From: Vulcanimicrobiota bacterium
GTDB lineage: Bacteria > Vulcanimicrobiota > Xenobia > Xenobiales > JADMJV01
Length of the DNA: 64,000 bases
Reading direction: 5' to 3'
NCBI GenBank assembly: GCA_050250895.1
Contig: JBFWNU010000004.1
Coordinates: 494,934 to 558,933 of the forward strand
The position numbers and the translations under genes are program-made. Positions 28,831-38,682 of this stretch are shown in pieces. The stretch's first letter is position 1; each line of letters opens with the position of its first letter. The notes beneath the pieces were generated by a model. That model was not told the origin of the DNA. It saw nothing but the letters and a program-made list of their open reading frames with translations, and made no database searches.

Positions 28831-30369
28831 GGCCACCTTGCAAAAGAGATTCCAGTCGCGGACCGTCTCGCTGAGATGGCGAGGCAATACCTGGCCCTCG
28901 AGACGGGGCGGCGACAACACCACCTTCAAAGCCATGCCGTCGCGGGTGTAGGGTCCGCCGGGATGGGCGGGACGCACCTCGATGATGGCCCGGGCTGGGC
29001 CCAGTTCGAGTTCGGCCCGTTGACCACGGTGGTGGCGCCCCACCAGGGCGTAATGCCAGCCACGGCGCCGAGCCAGTGCGGCAAACTGGTGCTGGCGCAG
29101 GGGTGGCGAGTCGGTCTCGGGCAGCTGGGTGTAAACCTGGCGGTCCAGCTGCTCGAAGGGCTGGTCCAGGTTCCAGTCGCCTGCGGGCGACTCGGCGGGG
29201 TGCCACAGAAGCCCGCCGTCCAGCCCGGTCTCGAGACCCCTGGGCCCCAGCAGAAGCAGCCTCTGGCTCAAGCCCTGCAGCAAGCGACAACAGCGCAAGC
29301 CGGTGACCGGTTGGCCGCTGCGTAAGGCCCACTCGAGCGCCTGGCTATGGGCGCGCGCGAGACGGCGTCCGATGGGGCTGTCAGGGTCAGGGTCGCCGAT
29401 GCCTTCGACGCGAACGTTCGGGCCCAGACCATCCAGAACGGCGGTCACCTGGGTCCGGGCCGAAGGGTAGGACAGTTCGGCTTCGAGAGCTACCAGCCGC
29501 TGAACGGCCGCCCCGGACCCGATCCGAGCCAGAGCCTCGATGGCTAGATGCCCCAGGCGGGCCGCCCGGGGGCCGTGGCCCTGGACCCGGGTGTAGGACC
29601 ACTGGACCACTTCTTCGAGCCAGTCGACGGCCGCCGGGCCAGAGAGCTCGCCGGTCAGGCACACCAGGCCCTCCACCAGCCGGGGCTCGTCGCGCTCGAG
29701 CGCCGCCAGGCGCGGGCTGACCCAGGCCAACAGCCTCGAGATGAAAGCCTGCTCGCCCACTCGAGCCAGCAGTCGATGAGCCTGGGTGCGCCAACGCCGT
29801 GACAAGCGGCGGGGAACCCGCCGAGCGTGAGCCAACAGATTGCGCCAGGGGCGCTCGGACTTCGGTTCGGCCGCCTCGAGCACCGCCTCTCGGCGAGAGA
29901 GCAAATTGTTCACCCGGGTAGCCTGAAGGTGGTCGCCGTGCGCTTCGAAGAGGCCACGAAGCCGGGTCAGGGCCGGCTGCAGGCGCCCCGCCGCGCCCTG
30001 CCACTCGACCTGGCGCACCATCAGCGGTCCCAGTTCCCTGGCCGAAGCGGGGTCACACACCAGCCACAGACAAACCTCGAGCTCTTCCGGGCTAAACGGC
30101 AGCTTCTTGCGCAACAGGGCCCGACACAGCTCGCGCAAGAGAAACAGTCGAGCCACCACCTCAGGCCCCGCCGGACTCAATTGCCACAGGCTGCGCGTCA
30201 TGGCCGCCACCACCAGACGGGCTTGCATGGTCCGCCCGCAACGCAACATGGCCCGGGCTGTCGCACACTGCTCGAGGGTCAGGTGCCAGCCACTTTGTAT
30301 GCCCTCCTCGAGCAAGCGAGAGAGTTGCGCTTGGAGCGGGGTCTCCAGGGGAAACCCATCGGGACTCAA
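28801..30369 (-). CDS. DUF4132-like protein
   Basis: QPFEQLDRQVY, QHQFAALARRRGW, LSETVRD C-terminal motifs. Confidence 0.6.
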   Translation of the reverse strand: MSPDGFPLETPLQAQLSRLLEEGIQSGWHLTLEQCATARAMLRCGRTMQARLVVAAMTRSLWQLSPAGPEVVARLFLLRELCRALLRKKLPFSPEELEVCLWLVCDPASARELGPLMVRQVEWQGAAGRLQPALTRLRGLFEAHGDHLQATRVNNLLSRREAVLEAAEPKSERPWRNLLAHARRVPRRLSRRWRTQAHRLLARVGEQAFISRLLAWVSPRLAALERDEPRLVEGLVCLTGELSGPAAVDWLEEVVQWSYTRVQGHGPRAARLGHLAIEALARIGSGAAVQRLVALEAELSYPSARTQVTAVLDGLGPNVRVEGIGDPDPDSPIGRRLARAHSQALEWALRSGQPVTGLRCCRLLQGLSQRLLLLGPRGLETGLDGGLLWHPAESPAGDWNLDQPFEQLDRQVYTQLPETDSPPLRQHQFAALARRRGWHYALVGRHHRGQRAELELGPARAIIEVRPAHPGGPYTRDGMALKVVLSPPRLEGQVLPRHLSETVRDWNLFCKVASDRLEPAMR

Positions 30370-30446
30370 GCCCAGGGCATGTCGAGGCCGACCGAGAATC
30401 TTTTCATACCTCTAAGATAGCACCTCGAGTCGATTTTTCAACAAGC

Positions 30447-30476
30447 TTTACAAAGCAAAGTATTTGATGATACAAT
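30447..30476 (+). promoter_or_regulatory. sigma70-like promoter (TTTACA -35; TG-A-TACAAT -10), likely leaderless
   Basis: 18-bp spacer; -10 ends 7 nt before ATG 30484; no SD. Confidence 0.6.
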
Positions 30477-30483
30477 CCTGACC

Positions 30484-31629
30484 ATGCAAAGATGGCGCAA
30501 ACGCTGCCTCTGGAGCCTATCGCTGGTTCTTCTCTACGGGCTGGCGAGAATGCTGATGCTCAAGCTGGCGGCTTCCTACACGACCATGGGTCTGGCCCAG
30601 GCGTTGCGCATCGGTTTGACGGCCATCGCCGCTCCGGCCATCGCCATCGAAGGGGTCCTGTGGATCCATACCGGAGTCGGCCTGCCCCACCTGGCCGTTC
30701 TGTTCCTGGTCTTCCTGGTTTATGTGACCGTGGCCGACCTGCTCCGCAAAGCCCCCCCTGACTCGAAGGGGATCAAACTGACCCGGCGGGCTTTTCTGGC
30801 CAGCGGCGGGGCCGGGCTGGCGGTGGCAGCTTATGGGGCTGGCTACGAGCGCGAGCATCTCACCTTCTCTCACCGAGACCTCCCCCTGGTCGACCTGCCC
30901 CCCTCCCTCGAAGGGCGCCGGCTGGTCCTGCTCAGCGACCTGCACCGCGGTCCCCTGGTCTCGATGGACTATCTCGACGAAGTCATTCACAAGGTCAACG
31001 AGTTGCGACCCGACCTGGTGCTCTTGCCGGGGGACTTCATCTCGAAGTCTCCCGACTACTATCCCGACGTGGCCGAAATTCTCTCCGGACTACGGCCCCG
31101 CATCGCCAGTCTGGCCACGCTCGGCAATCACGACCATTGGGAGGGGGCCGACCTGGCGCGCCAGGCGTTGCAGCAAGCCGGTGTGCTGCTGCTCGACAAC
31201 AGCAACATCCATCTCGACCATCGGGGCGAGCTGACGCTCGAAGCGACCAGGGGGCTTTGTCTGGCCGGCGTTGACGACCTGTGGGAAGGCCAGCCGGACG
31301 TGGCACGAGCCTTGACCGGGGTTGCCCCCGATGTGCCTCGCATCTTGCTATCGCACAACCCCGACCTGGCCGAAGAAGAGGGCCTGAGCGGTCATCGCGT
31401 CGACCTGCAGGTGTCGGGTCACACCCACGGCGGCCAGATCGTGCTGCCGGGCATCGGCCCCGTAGCCACCGGCTCTCGCTATGGGCTCAAATATGTGGCC
31501 GGCGCCGTCAACGGCCCCGGCTGGCCGGTTTATATCACTCGCGGCATCGGCACCAGCATGCTGCCGGCCCGTCTGGGCTCGCCCCCCGAAATCGTCGTCT
31601 TTGACTTGCGCTGCTCTCGCCTGGCCTGA
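30484..31629 (+). CDS. Membrane-anchored metallophosphoesterase (YkuE/YaeI-like)
   Basis: SDLH, GDF, GNHD, SHNPD, SGHTHGGQ. Confidence 0.92.
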   Translation: MQRWRKRCLWSLSLVLLYGLARMLMLKLAASYTTMGLAQALRIGLTAIAAPAIAIEGVLWIHTGVGLPHLAVLFLVFLVYVTVADLLRKAPPDSKGIKLTRRAFLASGGAGLAVAAYGAGYEREHLTFSHRDLPLVDLPPSLEGRRLVLLSDLHRGPLVSMDYLDEVIHKVNELRPDLVLLPGDFISKSPDYYPDVAEILSGLRPRIASLATLGNHDHWEGADLARQALQQAGVLLLDNSNIHLDHRGELTLEATRGLCLAGVDDLWEGQPDVARALTGVAPDVPRILLSHNPDLAEEEGLSGHRVDLQVSGHTHGGQIVLPGIGPVATGSRYGLKYVAGAVNGPGWPVYITRGIGTSMLPARLGSPPEIVVFDLRCSRLA

Positions 31630-31663
31630 CGGGAGGCCAACCCTCGGCGTCGAAGACTGGACT

Positions 31664-32320
31664 ATGTCCGAGCCCCGGCTGCCCGCCGTTCCCACTGTCG
31701 AGACCCGACCTGCCGCCCGGGACGATCTGCTCGAAGCCACGCTCAAGGTGGGGTCGAGAAGGCTGGTGGCCAGGTTTCTGGGCAGCCAGCTCAGACCAGG
31801 GGCCGAAGCCCTGCTCGAGACCTTCGCCTCGAACCAACCCGAGTCCGGGACCCGTGTCTCCTTGGGCTGGTGCGATCTGGTGCTGGCCGAGCAAGGTTGC
31901 GACTTGATAGTGTGCGAGCCAGACTTCGAGACAGAACCTTACTTCAAGCGAGTCGAGCAAGTCACCACGGCGCTCGAGGTCGCTTCAGCCCAGGCCAATT
32001 TTCTCAAGCTCTACGACCTGTCGCCCGACCCTTGTGGCTTTCGTGATCGCCTGCTCGTGGCCGGCGCCAGCCTGCAGTCCCCGCGCCTGGTCATGCATCG
32101 TCATTCGCAGGCGCGAGCGGGCAATTCGGGCTGGTATTTCGGCCCTGTCGAAGCCGAGGCCATCAGCAACCTGGAAGAGTTCGCAAAGCCGATGTCCGGA
32201 CGCCTGGTCAAAGTGCGGCCGGCTCTTTTGGCCGCCCTCACCATGCCCGAAGGCAGCCTGGTGCTCGTCGAGGACGACCGGCTGGTCGAAGTGCGCGACC
32301 CCCAGGGACAGGTACTCTAG
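31664..32320 (+). CDS. Hypothetical protein (DUF2185/Imm33-like C-terminus)
   Basis: NSGWYFG..RPALLAALTMPEGSLV pattern. Confidence 0.55.
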   Translation: MSEPRLPAVPTVETRPAARDDLLEATLKVGSRRLVARFLGSQLRPGAEALLETFASNQPESGTRVSLGWCDLVLAEQGCDLIVCEPDFETEPYFKRVEQVTTALEVASAQANFLKLYDLSPDPCGFRDRLLVAGASLQSPRLVMHRHSQARAGNSGWYFGPVEAEAISNLEEFAKPMSGRLVKVRPALLAALTMPEGSLVLVEDDRLVEVRDPQGQVL

Positions 32321-33846
32321 GCCACGATCATCTTCTGACCCAGGCCCCGCAGGCCATCGGCCACCCAGCGGCGACCGTCTTCGTCGGCCAGGCCCTGCTC
32401 GCCGGCCCACTCACTAGCCAATCGAGCCGCATCCTTGCCCGGACCCATTCGCTTGAGCAAGTCGAGTTCGAGCTGGTCGAGCTCGGCCGAGGGCCACCAT
32501 CCGGCCGGATACTCGGCTTTGCCCACCTGACCGCCCAGGTCTTCCCACAACCGGGGCGCCAGGGGATGCAGCGAGGGTTCCCAGGCGTGCCATTCAGGAG
32601 TCCAGTTTAGGTGGAACCGGGTCAGCGCCTTCAGCCATTCGCTTACCAGCCTGGCCTTGGAATTTTCGGGCAGGGGCAGGCTGCGTTCTTCGGCAAAGCC
32701 GGGATGGTCCTCGGGCAGCCGACGAATGGCGATGACGCCCTCGCGAATGGCGTCGATGCCATGCTTTTCATAGCAGTCGGCCCAGTTCTGGAAACGCGCG
32801 ATGAATTCGGGCGTGGTGCGATGCCCCCCGAAGTCGTCAATCTGATTCTCGATGTAGAGTTCGCGCGGGCTCTCGCCGTAATTGAGCAAGCCCACTCCCC
32901 AGCCCCGATTGCCGCCCAGCCAGCCCACGATGCGCTCGAGGTAGTGGCTCGAGCGCATCACCGGATAGGTGGTAACCAGAAAGAAGGTGCCTCCCGGATT
33001 GAGAAAATCACCGGCCTTCGAGATGACCTCTTCCACCAACTCTTCGCCGGTCTCGCCGCCAGGGCGATAGAGTTCCAGCGTCTCGTCAGACGGAGTCGGG
33101 ACGAAAGGCAAATTGGCGCTCATCTGGTCAAAGCGCTCGCCCTCGACCGGGCCCAACAGGCTGCCCTGGCGAAAATCGCACCGGTCGGCCACGCCGTTCA
33201 CGGCTGCGTTGAGGCGGGTGAAGCCGATGGCCCGCGGGTTGATATCGACCCCCACCACGGCCTCGGCATGGCCGGCCGCCAGAATGGCATGAATGCCCGA
33301 GCCGAGACCCAGGTCCAGCGCCCGTCCGACCGGCTTTCGCGCGGCCAGATAAGCCAGCCCGAAACTGTCACCACTGACGTCGTAAACGTGGTTGGGGAAG
33401 CGCTTATAGACGCTCCACTTGGGGTCGGTGAAAAAGCAGCGGCCCATGCAGGGGTACAGGTCGGCCAGCGCCCGGACCATGTCCTGATCCGTTTCGAGCA
33501 ACTGCAAGGCGAGCAGTTCGGTCACCACCTCGGTCCCCATGGCCGCCTCGGCCTTCTTGCGCTCGAGAGGCTGGCGAAACAGCCATAGACAGGCCAGGTC
33601 GGCGGCGGCCGAAGGCTTCTGACGACAATGCCAGAGATAGCCCGGGGTCTGCTCGTAGCGACGATAGATCAGCGGCAGGCCACTGAGGAACTGCTCGAGA
33701 TTCTTCTCGTCATAGCCGGCTTCTTCAAGCCGCCCGGGCAGAGCCGTCAGAATACCGCTCTGGCGCTGGTCGGGCAGAGGCCGGGGTAGCATCGAGGCGA
33801 ACATCTTCGCCGGTTCGGGTTCTTTATACCATCCACCGATTTCCAC
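32317..33846 (-). CDS. Class I SAM-dependent methyltransferase (HemK/MTS-like)
   Basis: ALDLGLGSG, VDINPRA, ANLPFVP. Confidence 0.85.
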   Translation of the reverse strand: MEIGGWYKEPEPAKMFASMLPRPLPDQRQSGILTALPGRLEEAGYDEKNLEQFLSGLPLIYRRYEQTPGYLWHCRQKPSAAADLACLWLFRQPLERKKAEAAMGTEVVTELLALQLLETDQDMVRALADLYPCMGRCFFTDPKWSVYKRFPNHVYDVSGDSFGLAYLAARKPVGRALDLGLGSGIHAILAAGHAEAVVGVDINPRAIGFTRLNAAVNGVADRCDFRQGSLLGPVEGERFDQMSANLPFVPTPSDETLELYRPGGETGEELVEEVISKAGDFLNPGGTFFLVTTYPVMRSSHYLERIVGWLGGNRGWGVGLLNYGESPRELYIENQIDDFGGHRTTPEFIARFQNWADCYEKHGIDAIREGVIAIRRLPEDHPGFAEERSLPLPENSKARLVSEWLKALTRFHLNWTPEWHAWEPSLHPLAPRLWEDLGGQVGKAEYPAGWWPSAELDQLELDLLKRMGPGKDAARLASEWAGEQGLADEDGRRWVADGLRGLGQKMIVA

Positions 33847-33864
33847 CCCCTCGGGTTCGCACCC

Positions 33865-34617
33865 TCACAAATCGAAGCCTTCTTCTGCCTCGACCGTCTC
33901 ATAGGCTGATGGACCCGTCTCCTTGAGGATGTAGAGACCCACGGTCATCAGGGCTGCGCCCAGCACCGCGAACAGTCCCAACAGCCAGACCGGCAGAGCC
34001 CGAAAGGGATTTCTGGCCAGGGCCCGATCGACATCGAGTCGCGACAAGAATTGGCGGAAATCCTGGTCCGAGAACTTGTCCTCGGGCCCGATGACGATAA
34101 GCGTCACCATGCGTTCGCGGGTCAGCAGATTGAGCCGATAACCGAGCGCCCCGTCCACGGTGCGAAAGCGGCGCACCGGCACTTTGCGACCGTCGACGGT
34201 GAGTTCCAGATTCTCGTGGCTCGACTCGGCGCCCCAGCCTCCCGGGGCGCTGCGAATCTGGGGCTCGAGTCGGTCCCAGTGGGGTGTGTCCTTGGGGCGA
34301 CGCAGCGAGAAGATGCGAAAGGCCATTCCCCGGTAAGGACCGGCCCCAGTGGTCTGCCCTTCCACCCGAGCGTCGGTCAAAATGGCGCATTCAAAGACCG
34401 AAAGTTTGCTGGCGTAAACGCCGCGATACCCCGGCAGGGCGCGGGCCCCGGGCAAGATACGGTCGGCCGCGCGCTCCACCCGATGAGGGTTGAGCACGAT
34501 CAAATCCCGGCTGGTGTACCAGCAAGTTCCCCCCGTGCATAAGGCGCTCAACAACAAGGTCACCACACAACCCAGACCGACGGCGCGACGCAGAGTTGAG
34601 CTCTGTTGCTCTTCCAC
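33865..34617 (-). CDS. Hypothetical membrane protein
   Basis: N- and C-terminal TM helices; GTG 34617 lies 6 nt after TG-T-TATAAT. Confidence 0.7.
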   Translation of the reverse strand: MEEQQSSTLRRAVGLGCVVTLLLSALCTGGTCWYTSRDLIVLNPHRVERAADRILPGARALPGYRGVYASKLSVFECAILTDARVEGQTTGAGPYRGMAFRIFSLRRPKDTPHWDRLEPQIRSAPGGWGAESSHENLELTVDGRKVPVRRFRTVDGALGYRLNLLTRERMVTLIVIGPEDKFSDQDFRQFLSRLDVDRALARNPFRALPVWLLGLFAVLGAALMTVGLYILKETGPSAYETVEAEEGFDL

Positions 34618-34666
34618 CCGGGTATTATAACAGGAACCGCCAAGCCGCTGTCCAAAGCAGGCCAGG

Positions 34667-35716
34667 TTGCGTTTTCTCACCGTGAGGGCCGGCCCCAGGG
34701 CGCTGGCTCACCTGCACCACCACGGACTCCGTCCAGACGATGTCGACCTGATGCTCGGGGCTTCGGGCGGCCCTCGCTGGCTGGTGCTCAGTCACCTCGA
34801 CCGCTACTTCATCGACTGGTTCGCCCAGCGCCAACGCCCGCTCTATCTGGTCGGAGCCTCGAGCGGCGCCTGGCGTTTCGGTTGCTATGCCCAGCAGCGG
34901 GCCCGGGCAGCCCTCGAGCGACTCGAGCAGGTCTACGTCCAACAAGCCTATCCGCCCGACCCCTCTCCCACCTACATTTTGGGACGCTGCGCCGAAATGC
35001 AGAACTTTGTGTTAGGTCACAACGGAGTGCGCGAGAGCCTGAGCCACCCCTATGTGCGACTCAATCTGGTCACCGCCCTGGCCCGCGGCTGGGCCGGCAA
35101 ACCCGATCATCGGCAGGGCCTTGGCTTCTTGTTGGCGGCCCTGGCCAACATGGCCGGTCGCCGTCACCTGGGCCGTATCTGCCCGCGGGTGCTGTTTAGT
35201 GATCCTCGCGACCGCCCCATTTGGAAGCTCGATGACCTCGAGACCCATCTGGTCGACCTGACCAGCGACAACCTCCAACCGGCGCTGGTGGCCTCGGGGG
35301 CCATCCCCTGGCTGATCCGCGGAGTGTCCGACATCGCTGGCGGTCCCTCAGGGATCTATCGGGATGGAGGTGTCATCGATTATCACTTCGACCTTCCCTA
35401 CGGCGGTCCGGGCCTGGCCCTCTTTCCTCACTTTAGCGCGCGTCACGTGCCCGGTTGGTTCGATACCTACTGGCCGCGGCGGCGGCCGCTGCACATCGAC
35501 CACCTGCTGATGATCCACCCTTCGCCTCAGTTCATCGCTCGCCTGCCGTTTGCCCGCGTCCCCGACCGGGACGACTTCTATCGCCTGGATGACGCTACCC
35601 GGTTCGAGGTCTGGCGCCAGGCCGTCGAAGCCGGACGCTGGCTGGCCGAAGAATTTCACGCTCTGGTCGAAACCGGCGACTGGGCCGCAGTAGCCCAGCC
35701 GTTGACCTCAAAGTAA
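34667..35716 (+). CDS. Patatin-like phospholipase family protein
   Basis: GASGGPRW, GASSG nucleophile motif, DGG. Confidence 0.85.
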   Translation: MRFLTVRAGPRALAHLHHHGLRPDDVDLMLGASGGPRWLVLSHLDRYFIDWFAQRQRPLYLVGASSGAWRFGCYAQQRARAALERLEQVYVQQAYPPDPSPTYILGRCAEMQNFVLGHNGVRESLSHPYVRLNLVTALARGWAGKPDHRQGLGFLLAALANMAGRRHLGRICPRVLFSDPRDRPIWKLDDLETHLVDLTSDNLQPALVASGAIPWLIRGVSDIAGGPSGIYRDGGVIDYHFDLPYGGPGLALFPHFSARHVPGWFDTYWPRRRPLHIDHLLMIHPSPQFIARLPFARVPDRDDFYRLDDATRFEVWRQAVEAGRWLAEEFHALVETGDWAAVAQPLTSK

Positions 35717-35891
35717 CATTCCAGCCAACCAATTCCCCGTGAACAGGTCCTTTGCGTCTGAGCATCCACGAAAAACCCGGCCAATGCCCCACAAAACTTT
35801 AACATCCTTTACACGATGGCAATATCCAGTTCCTGGCGCCGACCACCCCCCTCCCGCTATGTTTTAAAAAACAGATAGTAGGAGACCAACC

Positions 35892-37169
35892 TTGCTCATC
35901 TCCCCCTCCTTACAAAATCTCAATGGCAACAGCCTGGCCGGCGGGCTACCCTTCGCACCGGCCGCCAACGGCAACAGCCTGGCCGGCGGCGACCTCTCGA
36001 ACCTCTCGGAAGAGGGGCTCAACGGAACCAACGATTCGGGCAACCCCCAGATCCTGCAGGTGCTCTACGAGTCCAAGCTGCGCTCGGGCATCGACTCGAT
36101 CAATGCCGCCAAAGCCAAGGGCGAAGACCCGAAGGAAGCCCTCGAGAGCCTCTCGCAAACCTATGGCGAAGCCAAGGAGAAGAACGTTCCCATCTCGTCC
36201 GAGACCGAAAGCCAGGTCAAGCAATTGCTGGGCCTGGAGGGCGGCAGCGAGGGCGGCGGCGGCAACACGGACGCGCTCAACCAGGGTGGCGACCTGGGCG
36301 GCGGTGGTGACGACGGCGGCGGCATGGGCGGCGGCGGTGGTGGTGGTTGTGACGGCGGCGGAGGCTGCAACGGCTGCAACGGCGGCGGCGGCGGTGGAGG
36401 CGGCGACTACGGCGGGCCGCCCGCCAACCTCACCGAAGAAGACAAGAAGTTCCTCAATCAGGCCATCACCTCCGAATCCGAGCACTTTAAGGACCTGTTT
36501 GGCGGGTGGCGCCAGGGGGCCGAGGGCAACTGCTCCACGGTGGCCGCCATCAAGGCCGCCATGGATCGCTACGACAATCAGGTTTTCGATAGCGTCACCC
36601 GCGGCGAAAACGGCTACAACATCACCATGCAAGACGGCTACAAGATGAGCCTGTCCGACCAGGAACTGGCCATGGGCAAGGCCGCCAGCAACTTCCGCGG
36701 TAACGACGGCGTGGCCAAGTCCTACGCGCAATTCCTTTACTCCGCAGCCGCCAAGCGCAACGCTCTCGAGAACGGGATGTCCTTGCGGGCCTCGTTCAAC
36801 GACCTCAACAACGGCGAATCGATCTACTCCCCGGGCCGACTGCTCGGCCTCAAGCACCAGATGGTGCGGGTCAACCCGCGCAATCTCAGCGGCCAGGACT
36901 CGGTCGTGGCGGGTTCGCATCGGCACGCCGTCTTCATCAACAAGAACGCCAACGGAAGCCACACCACCGATCGCTATGGTCGGGGGGTCAACTTCAACGG
37001 CACCGACACCTGGGGTAACGGGCTCACCGACGCCTACACCTTCAAGCCGCGCGCGTTCTCGGCCGGCGGCTCTCGGGGAGGCAGCAGTGGTGGTGGTGGC
37101 GGCACGACCCCGCGCTCGGCCCCTCCCCGGGCTCCGCGTCCCGTGACCACCACGCGGCGCTCGCGATAA
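35892..37169 (+). CDS. Gly-rich putative secreted protein with papain-like Cys-His domain
   Basis: AGGAG RBS before TTG; RQGAEGNCSTVAAIKAAM and SHRHAVFI motifs. Confidence 0.7.
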   Translation: MLISPSLQNLNGNSLAGGLPFAPAANGNSLAGGDLSNLSEEGLNGTNDSGNPQILQVLYESKLRSGIDSINAAKAKGEDPKEALESLSQTYGEAKEKNVPISSETESQVKQLLGLEGGSEGGGGNTDALNQGGDLGGGGDDGGGMGGGGGGGCDGGGGCNGCNGGGGGGGGDYGGPPANLTEEDKKFLNQAITSESEHFKDLFGGWRQGAEGNCSTVAAIKAAMDRYDNQVFDSVTRGENGYNITMQDGYKMSLSDQELAMGKAASNFRGNDGVAKSYAQFLYSAAAKRNALENGMSLRASFNDLNNGESIYSPGRLLGLKHQMVRVNPRNLSGQDSVVAGSHRHAVFINKNANGSHTTDRYGRGVNFNGTDTWGNGLTDAYTFKPRAFSAGGSRGGSSGGGGGTTPRSAPPRAPRPVTTTRRSR

Positions 37170-37285
37170 GTTAACAAACCGTTTACAATCGTTACCTGCC
37201 GGTTACATCCGGTCCGACCAGTTGACCCCCCAATGGGGTATATTCAGAGTAGCAGAGTAGCCTAACAAAGGAGAGTATCCGTTTT

Positions 37286-37645
37286 ATGCCCGGCGTCAAT
37301 CATCACTTTTTTGGATATGGCGGTGGTTCCCAAGGAACCGGAGCCGTCGGCGGCCACGGCGGTGGCATGTCGGTCTCGACCGGCGGCGGCGGTGGCAGTG
37401 GTGGTGGTGGAGGCGGCGGAGCCGTCCAGGCAGGCATGAACACCGCGGATGCCGTCTCGATCTCCGCCGATGCCACGTCAGGTGACTCCGGAAGTTCCGG
37501 GGCTGCCGGTTTGGTAGCCGGACTCTCCGCTAGCCTTGGCGCCAGTGGTGGCGACGGAGCCGCCGCAGGCGGTGGTGCCGCTGCCGGTGGTGGCGGCGGG
37601 GGCGGTGGTGGCGGCGGAGGTGGCGGCGGCGGCGCTGCTGCTTAG
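37286..37645 (+). CDS. Small Gly/Ala/Ser-rich protein
   Basis: AAGGAG RBS; DAVSISADA motif between poly-Gly tracts; followed by a terminator. Confidence 0.7.
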   Translation: MPGVNHHFFGYGGGSQGTGAVGGHGGGMSVSTGGGGGSGGGGGGGAVQAGMNTADAVSISADATSGDSGSSGAAGLVAGLSASLGASGGDGAAAGGGAAAGGGGGGGGGGGGGGGGAAA

Positions 37646-37672
37646 CCACCTCGAACATCCTTTCGCTGGCAG

Positions 37673-37705
37673 GGTGGTTTTCACGGAAGTGGAAACCACC
37701 TTTTT
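37673..37705 (+). terminator. Intrinsic terminator
   Basis: GGTGGTTTTCAC-GGAA-GTGGAAACCACC-TTTTT. Confidence 0.8.
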
Positions 37706-38647
37706 ATGATGCCCAGCTCCCGCAGCCAGGTCGTCAATTACCTGCTCAAGAATGTGGTCAAGCCGTTCGGCCGGCGGGGCGGACGCGGCCCTGACGTGGC
37801 CTGGGTACGGGCTTCGGTGGCCCGAGCTGCCCGGCTGGCGGTGCCCATTCCCGGAGTCAGCGTGCGGCCCGGGCGTCTGGCCGATTTGCCCGGCGAGTGG
37901 CTCGAGCCTCTCGGAGGAAAGGCCACCCGCACGATTCTCTACTTTCACGGTGGCGGCTACTTTTTCGGCTCGCCCACCACCCACCGTTCTCTGACTCGCA
38001 CCCTGGCCAAGCTGTCGGGTTGCCGCATCTTCGCTTTGCGCTATCGCCTGGCTCCCGAGTTTCCCTTTCCCGCCGCCCATGAGGACGCCCTGGCGGCCTA
38101 TCGAAGCTTACTCGAGATGGGAAATGACCCCCGCGAGATCGTGCTGGCCGGAGACTCGGCCGGCGGCGGGCTCGCGCTGTCGACCCTGGTGGCTTTGCGT
38201 GATGGCAAGCAGCCTCTCCCGGCGGCCGTGGTTTGCTTCTCGCCCTGGACCGATCTGGCCGCCACCGGGGAATCGCTCGAGACCAACGACCCCCACTGCG
38301 CCATGTTCTATGGCGCCGATATCGCCACCTCAGCCCGGCTTTACGCTGGCACGGCCTGTCCCCAGCATCCGCTCATCTCGCCCCTCTACGCCGATCTGGC
38401 GGGCCTCCCGCCGATGCTCGTCCACGTCAGTGACAGCGAAGTCTTGCTGGACGATTCGACCCGCATCGCCGCTCGGGCTCGGGCGGCCGGCGTCAAGGTC
38501 GAGTTGAGGATCTGGAAGAACCTTCCCCATGTCTGGCAACTGTTTTCTCCGGTGATGCCCGAGGCCCAGCGGTCGTTGTGGCAGGCAGCCCACTTTATCG
38601 ACGGCCACACCAGACGCCACTGGGCGCCTCCCTACTTTACTTACTAA
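37706..38647 (+). CDS. Alpha/beta hydrolase, HSL-family esterase
   Basis: HGGG, YRLAPE, GDSAGG, EVLLDD, HVW. Confidence 0.92.
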   Translation: MMPSSRSQVVNYLLKNVVKPFGRRGGRGPDVAWVRASVARAARLAVPIPGVSVRPGRLADLPGEWLEPLGGKATRTILYFHGGGYFFGSPTTHRSLTRTLAKLSGCRIFALRYRLAPEFPFPAAHEDALAAYRSLLEMGNDPREIVLAGDSAGGGLALSTLVALRDGKQPLPAAVVCFSPWTDLAATGESLETNDPHCAMFYGADIATSARLYAGTACPQHPLISPLYADLAGLPPMLVHVSDSEVLLDDSTRIAARARAAGVKVELRIWKNLPHVWQLFSPVMPEAQRSLWQAAHFIDGHTRRHWAPPYFTY

Positions 38648-38682
38648 CAGGGTTCTTGCCCCGCGTGGTCAAGGGGCCCTTG

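Noticed and set aside
37222-37244. Canonical sigma70 promoter TTGACC/TATATT
   Set aside because: Spacer is only 11 bp, so the two hexamers cannot form one canonical promoter
36240-37640. GGC/GGT trinucleotide tracts as DNA-level repeats
   Set aside because: Explained by poly-Gly coding with mixed synonymous codons
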